From positions 434,001 through 498,000 of the forward strand of contig NIVC01000350.1 of assembly GCA_002269645.1 (NCBI GenBank): 64,000 nucleotides of DNA. Reading direction: 5' to 3'. Below are positions 12,301-25,121 of this stretch, piece after piece. Both the position numbers and the translations under genes were made by a program. This DNA is from Macrostomum lignano (lineage: Eukaryota). The notes beneath the pieces are model-generated. The model was not told the DNA's origin and ran no database searches. It saw only the letters and a list, made by a program, of their open reading frames with translations. Position 1 is the first letter of the stretch; every line of letters begins with the position of its first letter.

Positions 12301-15300
12301 TGATTGATTGATGCATTTCATGATTGATTGATGCATTTCATGATTGATTATTGAATTTCATGATTGATTGATGCATTTCATGATTGATGCATTTCATGAT
12401 TGATTGATGCATTTGATGATTGATTGATGCATTTCATGATTGATTATTGCATTTCATGATTGATTATTGCATTTCATGATTGATTATTGCATTTCATGAT
12501 TGATTGATGCATTTGATGATTGATTGATGCATTTCATGATTGATTGATGCATTTGATGATTGATTGATGCATTTGATGATTGATTGATACATTTGATGAT
12601 TGATTGATGCATTTCATGATTGATTAATGCATTTCATGATTGATTATTGCATTTCATGATTGATTGATGCATTTGATGATTAATGCATTTCATGATTGAT
12701 TGATGTATTTGATGATTGATTGATGGGTTTCATGATTGATTAATGCATTTCATGATTGATTATTGCATTTCATGATTGATTGATGCATTTCATGATTGAT
12801 TGATGCATTTCATGATTGATTGATGCATTTCATGATTGATTGATGCATTTCATGATTGATTGATGCATTTCATGATTGATTGATGCATTTCATGATTGAT
12901 TGATGCATTTCATGATTGATTGATGCATTTCATGATTGATTGATGCATTTCATGATTGATTGATGCATTTCATGATTGATTGATGCATTTCATGATTGAT
13001 TGATGCATTTCATGATTGATTATTGAATTTCATGATTGATTGATGCATTTCATGATTGATGCATTTCATGATTGATTGATGCATTTGATGATTGATTGAT
13101 GCATTTCATGATTGATTATTGCATTTCATGATTGATTATTGCATTTCATGATTGATTGATGCATTTCATGATTGATTGATGCATTTCATGATTGATTGAT
13201 GCATTTGATGATTGATTGATGCATTTGATGATTGATTGATGCATTTCATGATTGATTGATGCATTTCATGATTGATTGATGCATTTCATGATTGATTATT
13301 GCATTTCATGATTGATTATTGCATTTCATGATTGATTATTGCATTTCATGATTGATTGATGCATTTCGTGATTGATTGATGTATTTCATGATTGATTGAT
13401 GCATTTCATGATTGATTGATGCATTTCATGATTGATTGATGCATTTCATGATTGATTGATGCATTTCATGATTGATTGATGCATTTCATGATTGATTGAT
13501 GCATCTAATGATTGATTGATGCATTTGATGATTGATTGATGCATTTGATGATTGATTGATGCATTTGATGATTGATTGATACATTTGATGATTGATTGAT
13601 GCATTTCATGATTGATTAATGCATTTCATGATTGATTATTGCATTTCATGATTGATTGATGCATTTGATGATTGATTGATGCATTTCATGATTGATTATT
13701 ACAGTTCATGATTGATTGATGCATTTGATGATTGATGCATTTCATGATTGATTGATGCATTTGATGATTGATTGATGGGTTTCATGATTGATTATTGCAT
13801 TTCATGATTGATTATTGCATTTCATGATTGATTGATGCATTTCATGATTGATTGATGCATTTCATGATTGATTGATGCATTTCATGATTGATTATTGCAT
13901 TTCATGATTGATTATTGCATTTCATGATTGATTGATGCATTTGATGATTGATGCATTTGATGATTGATTGATGCATTTCATGATTGATTGATGCATTTCA
14001 TGATTGATTGATGCATTTCATGATTGATTATTGAATTTCATGATTGATTGATGCATTTCATGATTGATTGATGCATTTCATGATTGATTGATGCATTTCA
14101 TGATTGATTGATGCATTTCATGATTGATGCATTTCATGATTGATGCATTTCATGATTGATTGATTGATGCATTTGATGATTGATGCATTTCATGATTGAT
14201 TGATCCCCTTGATGATTTATTGATGCGTTAGATGATTGTTTATCCTTGGTAATTAATAATTGATTTTGATGATTGATTAATGTCTGATAATTGATTGATA
14301 TCTTTGATGATTGATTGGTGACTTTGATAATTGATTGATGCTGCCTTTGATATTAACTTCCTGTAAGTATTTATCGTCTCTCCCTCCCCCCAGACCCTCA
14401 AGTTTCCGTGCTTTGACGCCCTGATTCATAACATTACGGTCATAGAGACTTAGATCCATACTGTTATGGTTTTCATATTCGATAATTGGGTCACTGGATT
14501 GGAACAACTGTCCAGGGATCAATTACGTTCGCGGCCTATAATTAATTTGGGGCTCGTGCACAAATATTTGCCCGGTGCTTGTGTCAACCGCCTGTGTGTT
14601 TACATGCCTGACGATAAGAAATTCAAGGACCGTTGTACACCCTGTGTGAGCGGGTGCGTGTGCCTGCTCAGAGGTCAGAAAAATGGGCATGACGACTGCT
14701 TGCCTTCTGGCTGGCTGCGGGTCGACTGTCGCCTTGATTAACAAATAACTAAGTACATTCTACTCTGTAATTTTGTCCCTCAATTCTATTTTAAATGACC
14801 TCAAACTGTGTCCTGGTTCCTCTTAGGCGCCAGCCGCCTACCGTGCCGTCTTCGCCGACATCCAGTCTGGCGAGCCGCCGCGAATGGGCGCCGGCATTTT
14901 GGCGCTGACGCGACAGCTGCGCGCCGGCGCTCCGCGCGGTCCCCGCCTAGCCGACGCCTGCGCCCGGCTGTTGCAGATGTGCGCCGATCATCCTGACAGC
15001 TATGTGCACCTGCCCGCCGCCGAGGCACTGGCTGTGCTGGCCTGCCAGCTGCCCGACCGCCTGCTGCCACTGCTGGCCGGCCTCTACGGGCCCGGCGACG
15101 GACCAGGCGGCGCCGGAGGGCGACGGCGATCCACAGAGCTGCGGCTACGAATTGGCGAGGTGATTCAGAAAGCTTCATGTCGATCATCTGCTGTCAGGGG
15201 TTTGCTCTCTTCAACTGCATTCCCGCAGTTCCTAAGCTGCATTCCCACAGCCTCAATCTTCACAAGCTGCATTCCCACAGCCTCAATCTTCACAAGCTGC

Positions 15301-16851
15301 ATTCCCACAGTCTCATTCTTCACAAGCTGCATTCCCACAGTCTCAATCTTCACAAGCTGCATTCCCACAGCCTCAATCTTCACAAGCTGCATTCCCACAG
15401 CCTCAATCTTCACAAGCTGCATTCCCACAGCCTCATTCTTCACAAGCTGCATTTCCACAGCCTCAATCTTCACAAGCTGCATTCCCACAGCCTCAATCTT
15501 CACAAGCTGCATTCCCACAGCCTCAATCTTCACAAGCTGCATTCCCACAGCCTCATTCTTCACAAGCTGCATTTCCACAGCCTCAATCTTCACAAGCTGC
15601 ATTCCCATAGCCTCAATCTTCACAAGCTGCATTTCTACAGTCTCAATCTTCACAAGCTGCATTCCCACAGCCTCAATCTTCACAAGTTGCATTTCTACAG
15701 TCTCAATCATCACAAGCTGCATTCCCACAGCCTCAATCTTCACAAGCTGCATTCCCACAGTCTCATTCTTCACAAGCTGCATTGCCACAGCCTCAATCTT
15801 CACAAGCTGCATTTCCACAGCCTCAATCTTCACAAGCTGCATTCCCACAGCCTCAATCTTCACAAGCTGCATTCCCACAGCCTCAATCTTTACAAGCTGC
15901 ATTCCCACAGTCTCAATCTTCACAAGCTGCATTCCCACAGCCTCAATCTTCACAAGCTGCATTTCTACAGTCTCAATCTTCACAAGCTGCATTCCCACAG
16001 CCTCAATCTTCACAAGCTGCATTTCTACAGTCTCAATCTTCACAAGCTGCATTCCCACAGCCTCAATCTTCACAAGCTGCATTTCTACAGTCTCAATCTT
16101 TACAAGCTGCATTCCCACAGCCTCAATCTTTACAAGCTGCATTTCTACAGTCTCATTCTTCACAAGCTGCATTGCCACAGCCTCAATCTTCACAAGCTGC
16201 ATTCTCACAGCCTCAATCTTCACAAGCTGCATTCTCACAGCCTCAATCTTCACAAGCTGCATTCTCACAGCCTCAATCTTCACAAGCTGCATTTCTCATG
16301 CTTGGCTAGTGCAAACGAACCCGCCACCGCCACCGCAGTCAATGGTCCGCTGCAGCCGCTATTTGAACGAGCTGCTTCCCAGCCAGACCAGTCGCATAGT
16401 TGGGCCGCTTCTGCTAGGTGCCCGCGACCCGGAGCCGCAGCTGCGTGCCAGCGCCGTCAGCTGCCTCGCCGAACTGTGCGGCCGTCAGCGCTGGTGGTGC
16501 CTGGACAGGCCGTCAGTCGGGCTGCAGGAGATTCTCGGCTGCGCCTGCTCGCTGCTACGCTCGGATCCGGACCCGCTGCCGAGACGGGCGGCCGCTCACC
16601 TCCTCTGCCAGCTGGTGCGCGCCTGCGACCGCCTCAGCCTGGCCGGTCTGCCGGCCGCCTGTCTGTCCGAGCTGCACCGGGCTCTGCGGCTGGCCGAATC
16701 GGTCGAACGAGACGAGGCCGCATTGGTGCAGGTGCGCCTGGCGCTGGAGGAACTGGACGCCTGCGTGCGGGATGCGCTGTTCCCAGCGCCGTCTGCTGAC
16801 CGGATGCAGAAGAGAATCTGGGTGCTGGACGCGCCTGGCGATAGTCAGTGA
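6327..16851 (+). CDS. TANGO6: TANGO6 (TMCO7 / yeast RTP1-like) ARM/HEAT protein. Exons 6327-6647, 7472-7899, 8319-9388, 9841-10538, 14827-15159, 16339-16851; 3363 nt, 1120 aa
   Basis: All five introns are GT-AG with compatible phases (0,2,1,0,0). Motifs LEFLAGLGIRPCLAPGVGPPL, WLVRAASHLLSEQLLQRPDGV, LRLRIGE|SMVR, GARDPEPQLRASAVSCLAELC and VRLALEELDACVRDALFP...KRIWVL match recalled TANGO6 blocks. Confidence 0.9.
6770..7440. repeat. 40-bp minisatellite in TANGO6 intron 1
   Basis: Unit ttgtccaagttaaagtgccgctttgagtattgatgggaca, near-identical copies with degenerate ends. Confidence 0.97.
7922..8180. repeat. ~23-bp degenerate minisatellite in TANGO6 intron 2
   Basis: Unit gaaactggcccgaattccatccc. 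Confidence 0.92.
8765..9020 (+). repeat. Coding 33-bp (11-aa) degenerate repeat within TANGO6 exon 3 (DDVITSSKPxD)n
   Basis: Repeated gatgacgtcaccacttcgtctaag units in the open TANGO6 frame. Confidence 0.8.
9447..9715 (+). mobile_element. tRNA-derived CORE-SINE copy 1 (TANGO6 intron 3)
   Basis: B-box GGTTCGATTCCC followed by tgtgtccttgagtaagacacttaactctgtattgcttcagttcacccagctgtaaaattgg, which is collinear with the recalled MIR/CORE consensus. Confidence 0.75.
10547..14205. repeat. 3.65-kb 20-bp satellite in TANGO6 intron 4
   Basis: Unit gcatttcatgattgattgat with tatt/ttga variants and occasional 16-bp units. Confidence 0.98.
14545..14735 (+). mobile_element. Second SINE-like family, truncated copy
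   Basis: Shares ggggctcgtgc...catgcctgacgat...tgtacaccctgtgtgagcg with copies at 29365, 30970, 34430 and 40248. Confidence 0.65.
15232..16295. repeat. 30-bp minisatellite in TANGO6 intron 5
   Basis: Unit agctgcattcccacagcctcaatcttcaca, about 35 copies, open in the TANGO6 frame. Confidence 0.97.
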
Positions 16852-17147
16852 ATTGGCTCGTAGAATTGCATTTTCTGACGAAAGTGAAAAAGCGTTAAAC
16901 CGATCGGCAAAGTAGAACATTGCATTTTGTCTTGTTTCTCGAAAAACTGTGCAGTTTTCTTGTCGATTTATTTAAATTTTGATAGACCTAAGGCCAAAAC
17001 AGACAAGCTAGAAACTTCATAATCTGGAAATTTCACATCGTCTAAGAGAGTTTTGCTAATTTCGCTGGCTCGAATCTTCTACTATATATATGTAGTAGGC
17101 ACTTCAGTCCAAGGCATCTAATATTATTCTGTAAATTATGCTTTCAG

Positions 17148-18797
17148 TCACAAGCCAATCTGCCTCTGTCGCTGCTGTTGCTGCTGCCGCTGCTGCTGCC
17201 GCTGGTGGTGGCGGGCGGCGGGCCGCTGCTCAACTGCAGCAACGCAGCCGCAGGATCGCCAGCTCCGAGGTCGATCCGGCCCGGCGAGTCGCTGCAGCTG
17301 CGGTTGAGCATCGGCGGCGCAGGCGGCAGCCGCTCCTGCCACTCGCTGCTTGTCGGCAGCGCCACCGGAGCCAGCAGGTGGCATTTCTATGTCAGACTGA
17401 TCGGCCAGCTTCGCCATCAGTCCTCAGTGCTGATTCTGCGCACTCGCCAGCTCGGCGGCTCGCAGGTCGCCATGGTGACGCACAAAAACCAGGGCTTGTA
17501 CCGAGCATTCGCAGTGCAGTATTGGAGCATCTATGCCAGCCTGAGCAGCCCATCTCTGGCGGGCTCATCAGATGAGGTGCTGCTGGACATCGAGCTGGTG
17601 ACGAAGTGTCCCAGGAACTGGTTCTACAGCAACGGCAGCTGCTACGGTGCGGCGTCTGTAGAGAACTCGTTTGCGTCGTTCGACGAGGCGGTGACTGGGT
17701 GCCGTCACGTGGGAGCCAACCTGGCGATGGACTTCGGGTCCGTCAGTGAGTTGAGGAGCGGCCTGTCCGCCTCAGGCTGGCCACCCGATCAGCCGGTGTG
17801 GATCGGGGCGGCAGCCAGCAAGTACTCGGTGTACTTTCTCAGTGCCAAGGAGCTCGGGCTGCCTCTTGTGTGAGTCTTCTACTAGTTAATGAGCATTTTT
17901 TCGATCTTTTTTAAATCGATTGAATCGAAACTTTTTCTCTGCAGGGTGGAAGAGTCTCGGGACTTCAGCCACGGCATCTCGATGAACTGTTCGCGCTGGT
18001 CTTGCCGCTGCGTGTTTGTTGCTAAGGGCGAATACTTCTTGGCTGACTGCGACAAGAAGCTGCCCTACCTGTGCAGCGGCTGCGCTGACTGTTTAGTCCG
18101 ACCGGTTTACGACTTGGACGGCCTCGATGACTTGTTGGACGGATCTCTTGTCTCTGATGACGAAAAAGTTTGCTCCGGCTTCAGCTGCGGGCTGTTAATC
18201 TTTGGCTGTCTTTTTGGCGCTGTCCTGTTTGGGCTGTTTTTCGCGCGAGACAATGACTGCCCCACCAGCAGGCCGGCCTCGCGACTGCGCACCTGCCTGA
18301 GCCGGCTTCGGTCCCGGCTGCGCAGGTGTCTGCGATTCACGCGTTCTCGAGCTGCCAGCGGTGTGCGCGATGGCGGCACGCCCGATCTGGAAGATGTGGC
18401 AAACTCTCAGACTGAGTCAGTTGCTACGGCAACCGTTGCTACGGATCCTGGAAACATTGACGTCGCAGTGGACGATTCGGCCGACGGCGGCCCGCCGAGC
18501 TACGATGTGGCGGCTGCGGTGTCGGAGATTTTGAACTCAATAGACTCGGACTCGGTTGTCATGGAAACCAATGCAGCAGAGTCCGGCACCGGTGCTGAAT
18601 TGTATGCTCCGCCAGATGATGACGAAGGACCTCCGAGCTACGCTGAAGCGGCAGCCGCAGCCACGCCGAGTCCGTCCGCGCTGACCGCCGCATCAGCCGA
18701 CTCGGTCGAGGACTCGCCGAACCAGCCGGAGCCTCCGCCGTCCTACGCTGCCGCTCTGGCCGCCTTTGGCGACGACGGTGGCGCCAGCGAAGCCTGA
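17148..18797 (+). CDS. CUB-like + C-type lectin type I membrane protein, member A. Exons 17148-17869 and 17945-18797; the start codon must be supplied by splicing
   Basis: Hydrophobic leader LPLSLLLLLPLLLPLVVAG, then CPRNW..SNGSCY...FDEAVTGCRHVGANLA...WIG. Phase-2 75-nt intron GT|GTGAGT...GCAG|G. C.CV...YFLADCDKKLPYLC, TM GLLIFGCLFGAVLFGLFF, three PPSY motifs. Confidence 0.85.
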
Positions 18798-19449
18798 TGG
18801 CATCGAAGTTGCATCGCTTGTTGCCTATCTTGCTAATCTGTTAGTTGAAATGAGCGGAATTCCTGGCCCTTTATGGAGCAGCACCAGCTACCTGACAGAC
18901 TAAGCTATTTCCCTGGTCTGCAGACTCTCGATGCATTGCTTCGCTGTGATCGCTTATTTTATGTGGCCAAATATTTCTGGCATACTTTGCATTGTTTTTG
19001 TGTAACCTGTAATTTTTTTTACATTTTTTCCTTCACACCTTCAGATACAAGTATTCTTGTATTTATTTAACAAAGACTACATTTTCTTAGTTTATAAAGT
19101 ACATTGTTGCGAATGTCTACTGCTGCTGTGTCTAGTTCATCCGTCCAATAGTCGTAATTTTCTGGCAAAAATGTTTTGCAAAAAATCAAAAGTTCTTAGT
19201 TTATATTGTACTGTTTAATCTTAGATCTTTGTAACATAATCTTATTTTTTTTCTCAAACCCGTAAAAGTGGGATCAGAGGCTCTAAAGATTGTCTGTTCA
19301 TGTGCCTTTGTAAAGCTTATTGCGATAGACCCGTATATTTATTTGTTAATTTTTGTTTTTCTTTCTTTGTTCTCAGTTCCTTGTGCTAATATTTAGAACC
19401 TGAAAATAGTATTAGTACAACAAACAGTATGTTTAGTGAAGCTCGTTTA

Positions 19450-20638
19450 TTGAATCTGCCTCTCAGCTCCGCCTCAACTCATTGAATCTGCCTCTCAGAG
19501 TCTCAGCTCCCCCTCAACTCATTGAATCTGCCTCTCAGCTCCCCCTCAACTCATTGAATCTGCCTCTCAGCTCCCCCTCAACTCATTGAATCTGCCTCTC
19601 AGCTCCCCCTCAACTCATTGAATCTGCCTCTCAGCTCCCCCTCAACTCATTGAATCTGCCTCTCAGCTCCCCCTCAACTCATTGAATCTGCCTCTCAGCT
19701 CCCCCTCAACTCATTGAATGTGCCTCTCAGCTCCCCTCAACTCATTGAATCTGCCTCTCAGAGTCTCAGCTCCCCCTCAACTCATTGAATCTGCCTCTCA
19801 GAGTCTCAGCTCCCCCTCAACTCATTGAATGTGCGTCTCAGCTCCCCCTCAACTCATTGAATCTGCCTCTCAGAGTCTCAGCTCCCCCTCAACTCATTGA
19901 ATGTGCGTCTCAGCTCCCCCTCAACTCATTGAATCTGCCTCTCAGAGTCTCAGCTCCCCCTCAACTCATTGAATGTGCGTCTCAGCTCCCCCTCAACTCA
20001 TTGAATCTGCCTCTCAGAGTCTCAGCTCCCCCTCAACTCATTGAATCTGCTTCTCAGAGTCTCAGCTCCCCCTCAACTCATTGAATCTGCCTCTCAGAGT
20101 CTCAGCTCCCCCTCAACTCATTGAATCTGCCTCTCAGAGTCTCAGCTCCCCCTCAACTCATTGAATCTGCCTCTCAGAGTCTCAGCTCCCCCTCAACTCA
20201 TTGAATCTGCCTCTCAGAGTCTCAGCTCCCCCTCAACTCATTGAATCTGCCTCTCAGAGTCTCAGCTCCTCCTCAACTCATTGAATCTGCCTCTCAGAGT
20301 CTCAGCTCCTCCTCAACTCATTGAATCTGCCTCTCAGAGTCTCAGCTCCCCCTCAACTCATTGAATCTGCCTCTCAGAGTCTCAGCTCCTCCTCAACTCA
20401 TTGAATCTGCCTCTCAGAGTCTCAGCTCCTCCTCAACTCATTGAATCTGCCTCTCAGAGTCTCAGCTCCCCCTCAACTCATTGAATCTGCCTCTCAGAGT
20501 CTCAGCTCCCCCTCAACTCATTGAATCTGCCTCTCAGCTCCCCCTCAACTCATTGAATGTGCCTCTCAGCTCCCCCTCAACTCATTGAATCTGCCTCTCA
20601 GAGTCTCAGCTCTTCCTCAACTCATTGAATCTGCCTCT
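19450..20638. repeat. 32/40-bp minisatellite between members A and B
   Basis: attgaatctgcctctcag(agtctcag)ctccccctcaactc; a block of short units, then alternating units, then long units. Confidence 0.97.
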
Positions 20639-20708
20639 CCTAGGTTTATGAGCAATCAATTGTAATAAATGCAACAATCTTCTTTTGCCACTTCAGCCTC
20701 AATCGGCA

Positions 20709-22511
20709 ATGTGTCGCCTCGAGCATCCAGTGTTCCTGCTGCAGCTGCTTCTGCTGCCGCTGATTCTGTTGCCAGGCGTTTCTAGCCAAAGCGCCTCGTT
20801 TCCCGTGTACAGCTGCAGTGATGGGTCCAGCCCTGCCTACTTCACTCCAACGGAAACCCAGTTTGGCCTTCGACTAGAAATCAGCGAAGCTGTACCAACA
20901 TGCCACGTGCTTATCCGCAACAACCTGCTAACATCCGCCTATTATTACATCCGGGTCAACGGCAGCCTGAAGTCAACGTATACGCGGCTCAGCCTGAGCA
21001 CCAACCATGGCTCTGGAGGCGAGTTCGTTGCTTCCCTGACTTCCTCCAATGATACCGTGTACCGGGCATTCGCCACGCCTGGAAACAGCCTGTACGCCAT
21101 CTTGTCCAGCAGCCTGCCGTCTCCATTCTACAACGAGCTGATCATGCTAGACATTGAGGCCGTTCACGGCTGTCCATCCTGGTGGGTCTCCTACGGCAAA
21201 GAGTGCTTCGGCTCTGCGCGTCCCGACGCATCAGGGACCACTTTTAATACCGCCCTCGGCGCGTGCCGCCAGGTGCGAGCTAATTTAGCCTTGAGCTTTG
21301 ACTCCAGCAGCGCGCTTAAATCGGCAATTTCGAGTTCAGGCTGGTCTAGCTTGACAAAGGTGTGGCTTGGGGCCGCCGACTCTTCGTCTGGAGTGTACTT
21401 TTTGGACGCCAATAAGTTTCTCGTGAGGTAAGCAGAGCACAACAGCTTCCTGTCTTACGTTCTTATCGGGTGAACTAATTAGCATCAATTATCTCTACAG
21501 TGTCTTACTCTCTTATCAGGTGAACTAATTAACATCAATTATCTTCTCAGTGTCTTACGTTCTTATCAGGTGAACTAATTAACATCAATTATCTCTACAG
21601 TGTCTTACTCTCTTATCAGGTGAACTAATTAACATCAATTATCTTCTCAGTGTCTTACGTTCTTATCAGGTGAACTAATTAACATCAATTATCTCTACAG
21701 TGTCTTACTCTCTTATCAGGTGAACTAATTAACATCAAGCTACTTGTCTCAATTTGTTACCAATTGACTCTATTGCTAGTTGCATCGTAGTTAATGCCTA
21801 AGCTCCTATACTGAACATTTATTACTCACTCCCTCCCTCTGCTCCCGATTTTTCAGCTCTAGCGGTAGTCTCAAGTTCTACAGCTCAAGCTCCAGTAGCT
21901 CCGGCTGTTCAACTGGCAGCTGCCGCTGCGTGATCTACAGATTCAACTCGTACTACCGCGAGAACTGCTGGAAGTATCTTCGCTACTTGTGCAGCAGCAG
22001 CATCGGCGGAGAGAGCGAATTCCACAACCTCACTACGCTTGACCGGACTCTGAGTAGCAAAAAGTCTTCGAGCAGTTTTTTCTCGTTTCCCTACTGGTCC
22101 ATCAGCCTGATCATCGGCGGCCTCACCGTGCTCGCCGTGTTCGGCACCCGGATGGCGTTCTACCATCGGGCTGTGGCAGCTCAGCGACGGCGCGAAACGG
22201 CCGGAACTGGCGCTGGAACTCGTAGCGACCTGCCGCCGGCACCGCCCGGCAGCTACCCGGTGCAGCAGCAGCACCCGCCGCCACCGCCGCTGCAGCAGCC
22301 GGCCGCCTACGACAATTCGTCTTTTAACTATCCGAATCCCGCCGCCGCGGGAGCGCCGATGCCGCCGGCCTACAATGCCTGGTACATGCCGCCGCCCGGC
22401 ACTGCCGCCAGCGCTCCAACCGATGCCGACGTCGGCGACAAGCCGCCGCCGTATGAAGCTGCCGCTGGGATGCCAAATCAGCCGATGCCGCCGCCCGAAG
22501 GCAACAACTAG
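20709..22511 (+). CDS. CUB-like + CTLD receptor, member B. Exons 20709-21427 and 21857-22511 (457 aa)
   Basis: Signal peptide MCRLEHPVFLLQLLLLPLILLPGVSS; CPSWW..YGKECF; WLG; phase-2 intron AG|GTAAGC...TTTCAG|C; CRCVIY..NSYYRENCWKYLRYLC; TM; PPAY and PPPY. Confidence 0.9.
21450..21738. repeat. Alternating 50/51-bp repeat in member B intron
   Basis: gtgtcttac(g/t)..cttatcaggtgaactaattaacatcaattatc(tctaca/ttctca). Confidence 0.93.
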
Positions 22512-22659
22512 GCGGCACTTTTGAAGTATGAACCCGTTTAACTGAATGAGTGTAAAAATTCACAACAATCATTGACATGACTCACAATTCATATTTGTCT
22601 AATTCTCTGATGCAAACTAATAAGCGATGAAGCTTGATCTCCATGAGGAGGACACGGGA

Positions 22660-24125
22660 TGGATTGCTAATCTATTTCCCAAGTGACAGAACAGAATGGA
22701 TTGCTAATCTATTTCCCAAGTAAAACAAAAGGATGGATTGCTAATCTATTTCCCAAGTAAAAGAACAGAATGGATTGCTAATCTATTTCCCAAGTAAAAG
22801 AACAGAATGGTTTGCTAATCTATTTCCCAAGTGACAGAACAGAATGGATTGCTAATCTATTTCCCAAGTAAAACAAAAGGATGGATTGCTAATCTAGTTC
22901 CCAAGTGACAGAACAGAATGGATTGCTAATCTATTTCCCAAGTAAAAGAACAGAATGGATTGCTAATCTATTTCCCAAGTAAAAGAACAGAATGGATTGC
23001 TAATCTATTTCCCAAGTGACAGAGCAGAATGGATTGCTAATCTATTTCCCAAGTAAAACAAAAGGATGGATTGCTAATCTATTTCCCAAGTAAAAGAACA
23101 GAATGGATTGCTAATCTATTTCCCAAGTGACAGAACAGAATGGATTGCTAATCTATTTCCCAAGTGACAGAACAGAATGGATTGCTAATCTATTTCCCAA
23201 GTGACAGAACAGAATGGATTGCTAATCTATTTCCCAAGTGACAGAACAGAATGGATCGCTAATCTATTTCCCAAGTGACAGAACGGGATGGATTGCTAAT
23301 CTATTTTCCAAGTGACAGAACAGAATGGATTGCTAATCTATTTCTTAAGTGACAAAACAGAATAGATTGCTAATCTATTTCTTAAGTGACAAAACAGAAT
23401 AGATTGCTAATCTATTTCTTAAGTGACAAAACAGAATAGATTGCTAATCTATTTCTTAAGTGACAAAACAGAATGGATTGCTAATCTATTTCTTAAGTGA
23501 CAAAACAGAATGGATTGCTAATCTATTTCTTAAGTGACAAAACAGAATGGATTGCTAATCTATTTCTTAAGTGACAAAACAGAATGGATTGCTAATCTAT
23601 TTCCCAAGATGATCGATTGCTAATCTATTTCCCAAGAGGATGGATTGCTAATCTATTTCCCAAGAGGATGGATTGCTAATCTATTTCCCAAGAGGATGGA
23701 TTGCTAATCTATTTCCCAAGAGGATGGATTGCTAATCTATTTCCCAAGAGGATGGATTGCTAATCTATTTTCCAAGAGGATGGATTGCTAATCTATTTCC
23801 CAAGAGGATGGATTGCTAATCTATTTCCCAAGAGGATGGATTGCTAATCTATTTCCCAAGAGGATGGATTGCTAATCTATTTTCCAAGTGACAAAACAGA
23901 ATGGATTGCTAATCTATTTCCCAAGAGGATGGATTACTAATCTATTTTCCAAGTGACAAAACAGAATGGATTGCTAATCTATTTCCCGAGTGAAAGAACA
24001 GAATGGATTGCTAATCTATTTCCCAAGTGACAAAACATGATGGATTGCTAATCTATTTCCCAAGTGACAAAACATGATGGATTGCTAATCTATTTCTTAA
24101 GTGATAAAACAGAATGGTTTGCTAA
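22660..24125. repeat. 37-bp minisatellite with an internal 28-bp deletion-derived block (about 23610-23880)
   Basis: ggattgctaatctatttcccaagtgacagaacagaat versus ggattgctaatctatttcccaagaggat. Confidence 0.96.
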
Positions 24126-24646
24126 TCTGTTTCCTGAGCGAAAGAACAGGATGGATTACGCACACCCGAAAGCAGATAGAAGGCACAATATCCTTTGCTT
24201 TTGTATTGCTTTTTGTACATGCAAGTGGTTTTTTTATGGCTCTCCTAATGTCAGGTATGTTGTTGCTGATAATGTGGCTTATTTGCATTACTATTTTGTC
24301 GAAATTTTTCCAAGAAACAGCAAATTGAATATTCGTAAACTATTTTTTGATCAATTTTAACTTTTACGCTGTTGTTTTAGATTGGAAAAAATTAATTAGC
24401 GGTTATTGGTGCACATTAATATAGTAAATTTTATCCTATATATCCACTGCATCTGAACATTTATCCAGGAATCTTACCCCATTTTGTGTCTCTAAACTAT
24501 TATACAATTTATGTATATACAGTCTCCTTTACAGTCTTCATTTAAAACATTCCGATCTTATTTTGTGATTAAAAAATATAACTCTGTGAATTTTTCGTAG
24601 TTTTTTTTCAGTGCAGCTTTGTTTCATATTTAAACCAGGGAGCAAA

Positions 24647-25000
24647 GACCCAGTTGCAGACCCAGTTGCTGACCCAGTTGCAGACCCAGTTGCAGACCCA
24701 GTTGCAGACCCAGTTGCAGACCCAGTTGCAGACCCAGTTGCAGACCCAGTTGCAGACCCAGTTGCAGACCCAGTTGCAGACCCAGTTGCAGACCCAGTTG
24801 CAGACCCAGTTGCAGACCCAGTTGCAGACCCAGTTGCAGACCCAGTTGCAGACCCAGTTGCTGACCCAGTTGCAGACCCAGTTGCAGACCCAGTTGCAGA
24901 CCCAGTTGCAGACCCAGTTGCAGACCCAGTTGCAGACCCAGTTGCAGACCCAGTTGCAGATCCAGCTACAGACCCAGCTGCACACCCAGCTACAGACCCA
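24647..25000. repeat. 12-bp tandem repeat (gacccagttgca)n
   Basis: About 28 near-perfect copies just upstream of member C. Confidence 0.97.
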
Positions 25001-25121
25001 GTGGCAGTCAACCTGTAATCCAGCTAGAGTTTTCGGTCAGAAGCTGTCGATACTGCCTAATTTCAGTAATTACTGAATCTACCTGCAACCGGTTTCTCAA
25101 TTTCAGCCTGACTAATGCGCA

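Noticed and set aside
15165-16799. Long repeat ORFs (375, 540 and 175 aa) and the 655-aa ORF 14884-16851 as a single exon
   Set aside because: These are products of a stop-poor 30-bp repeat. TANGO6 homology is restored only when 15160-16338 is spliced out.
24538-25076. (ATGS)n, (VADP)n, (CNWV)n and (QTQL)n ORFs suggesting antifreeze or adhesive proteins
   Set aside because: A 12-bp repeat is open in several frames on both strands, with no signal peptide or splice support.
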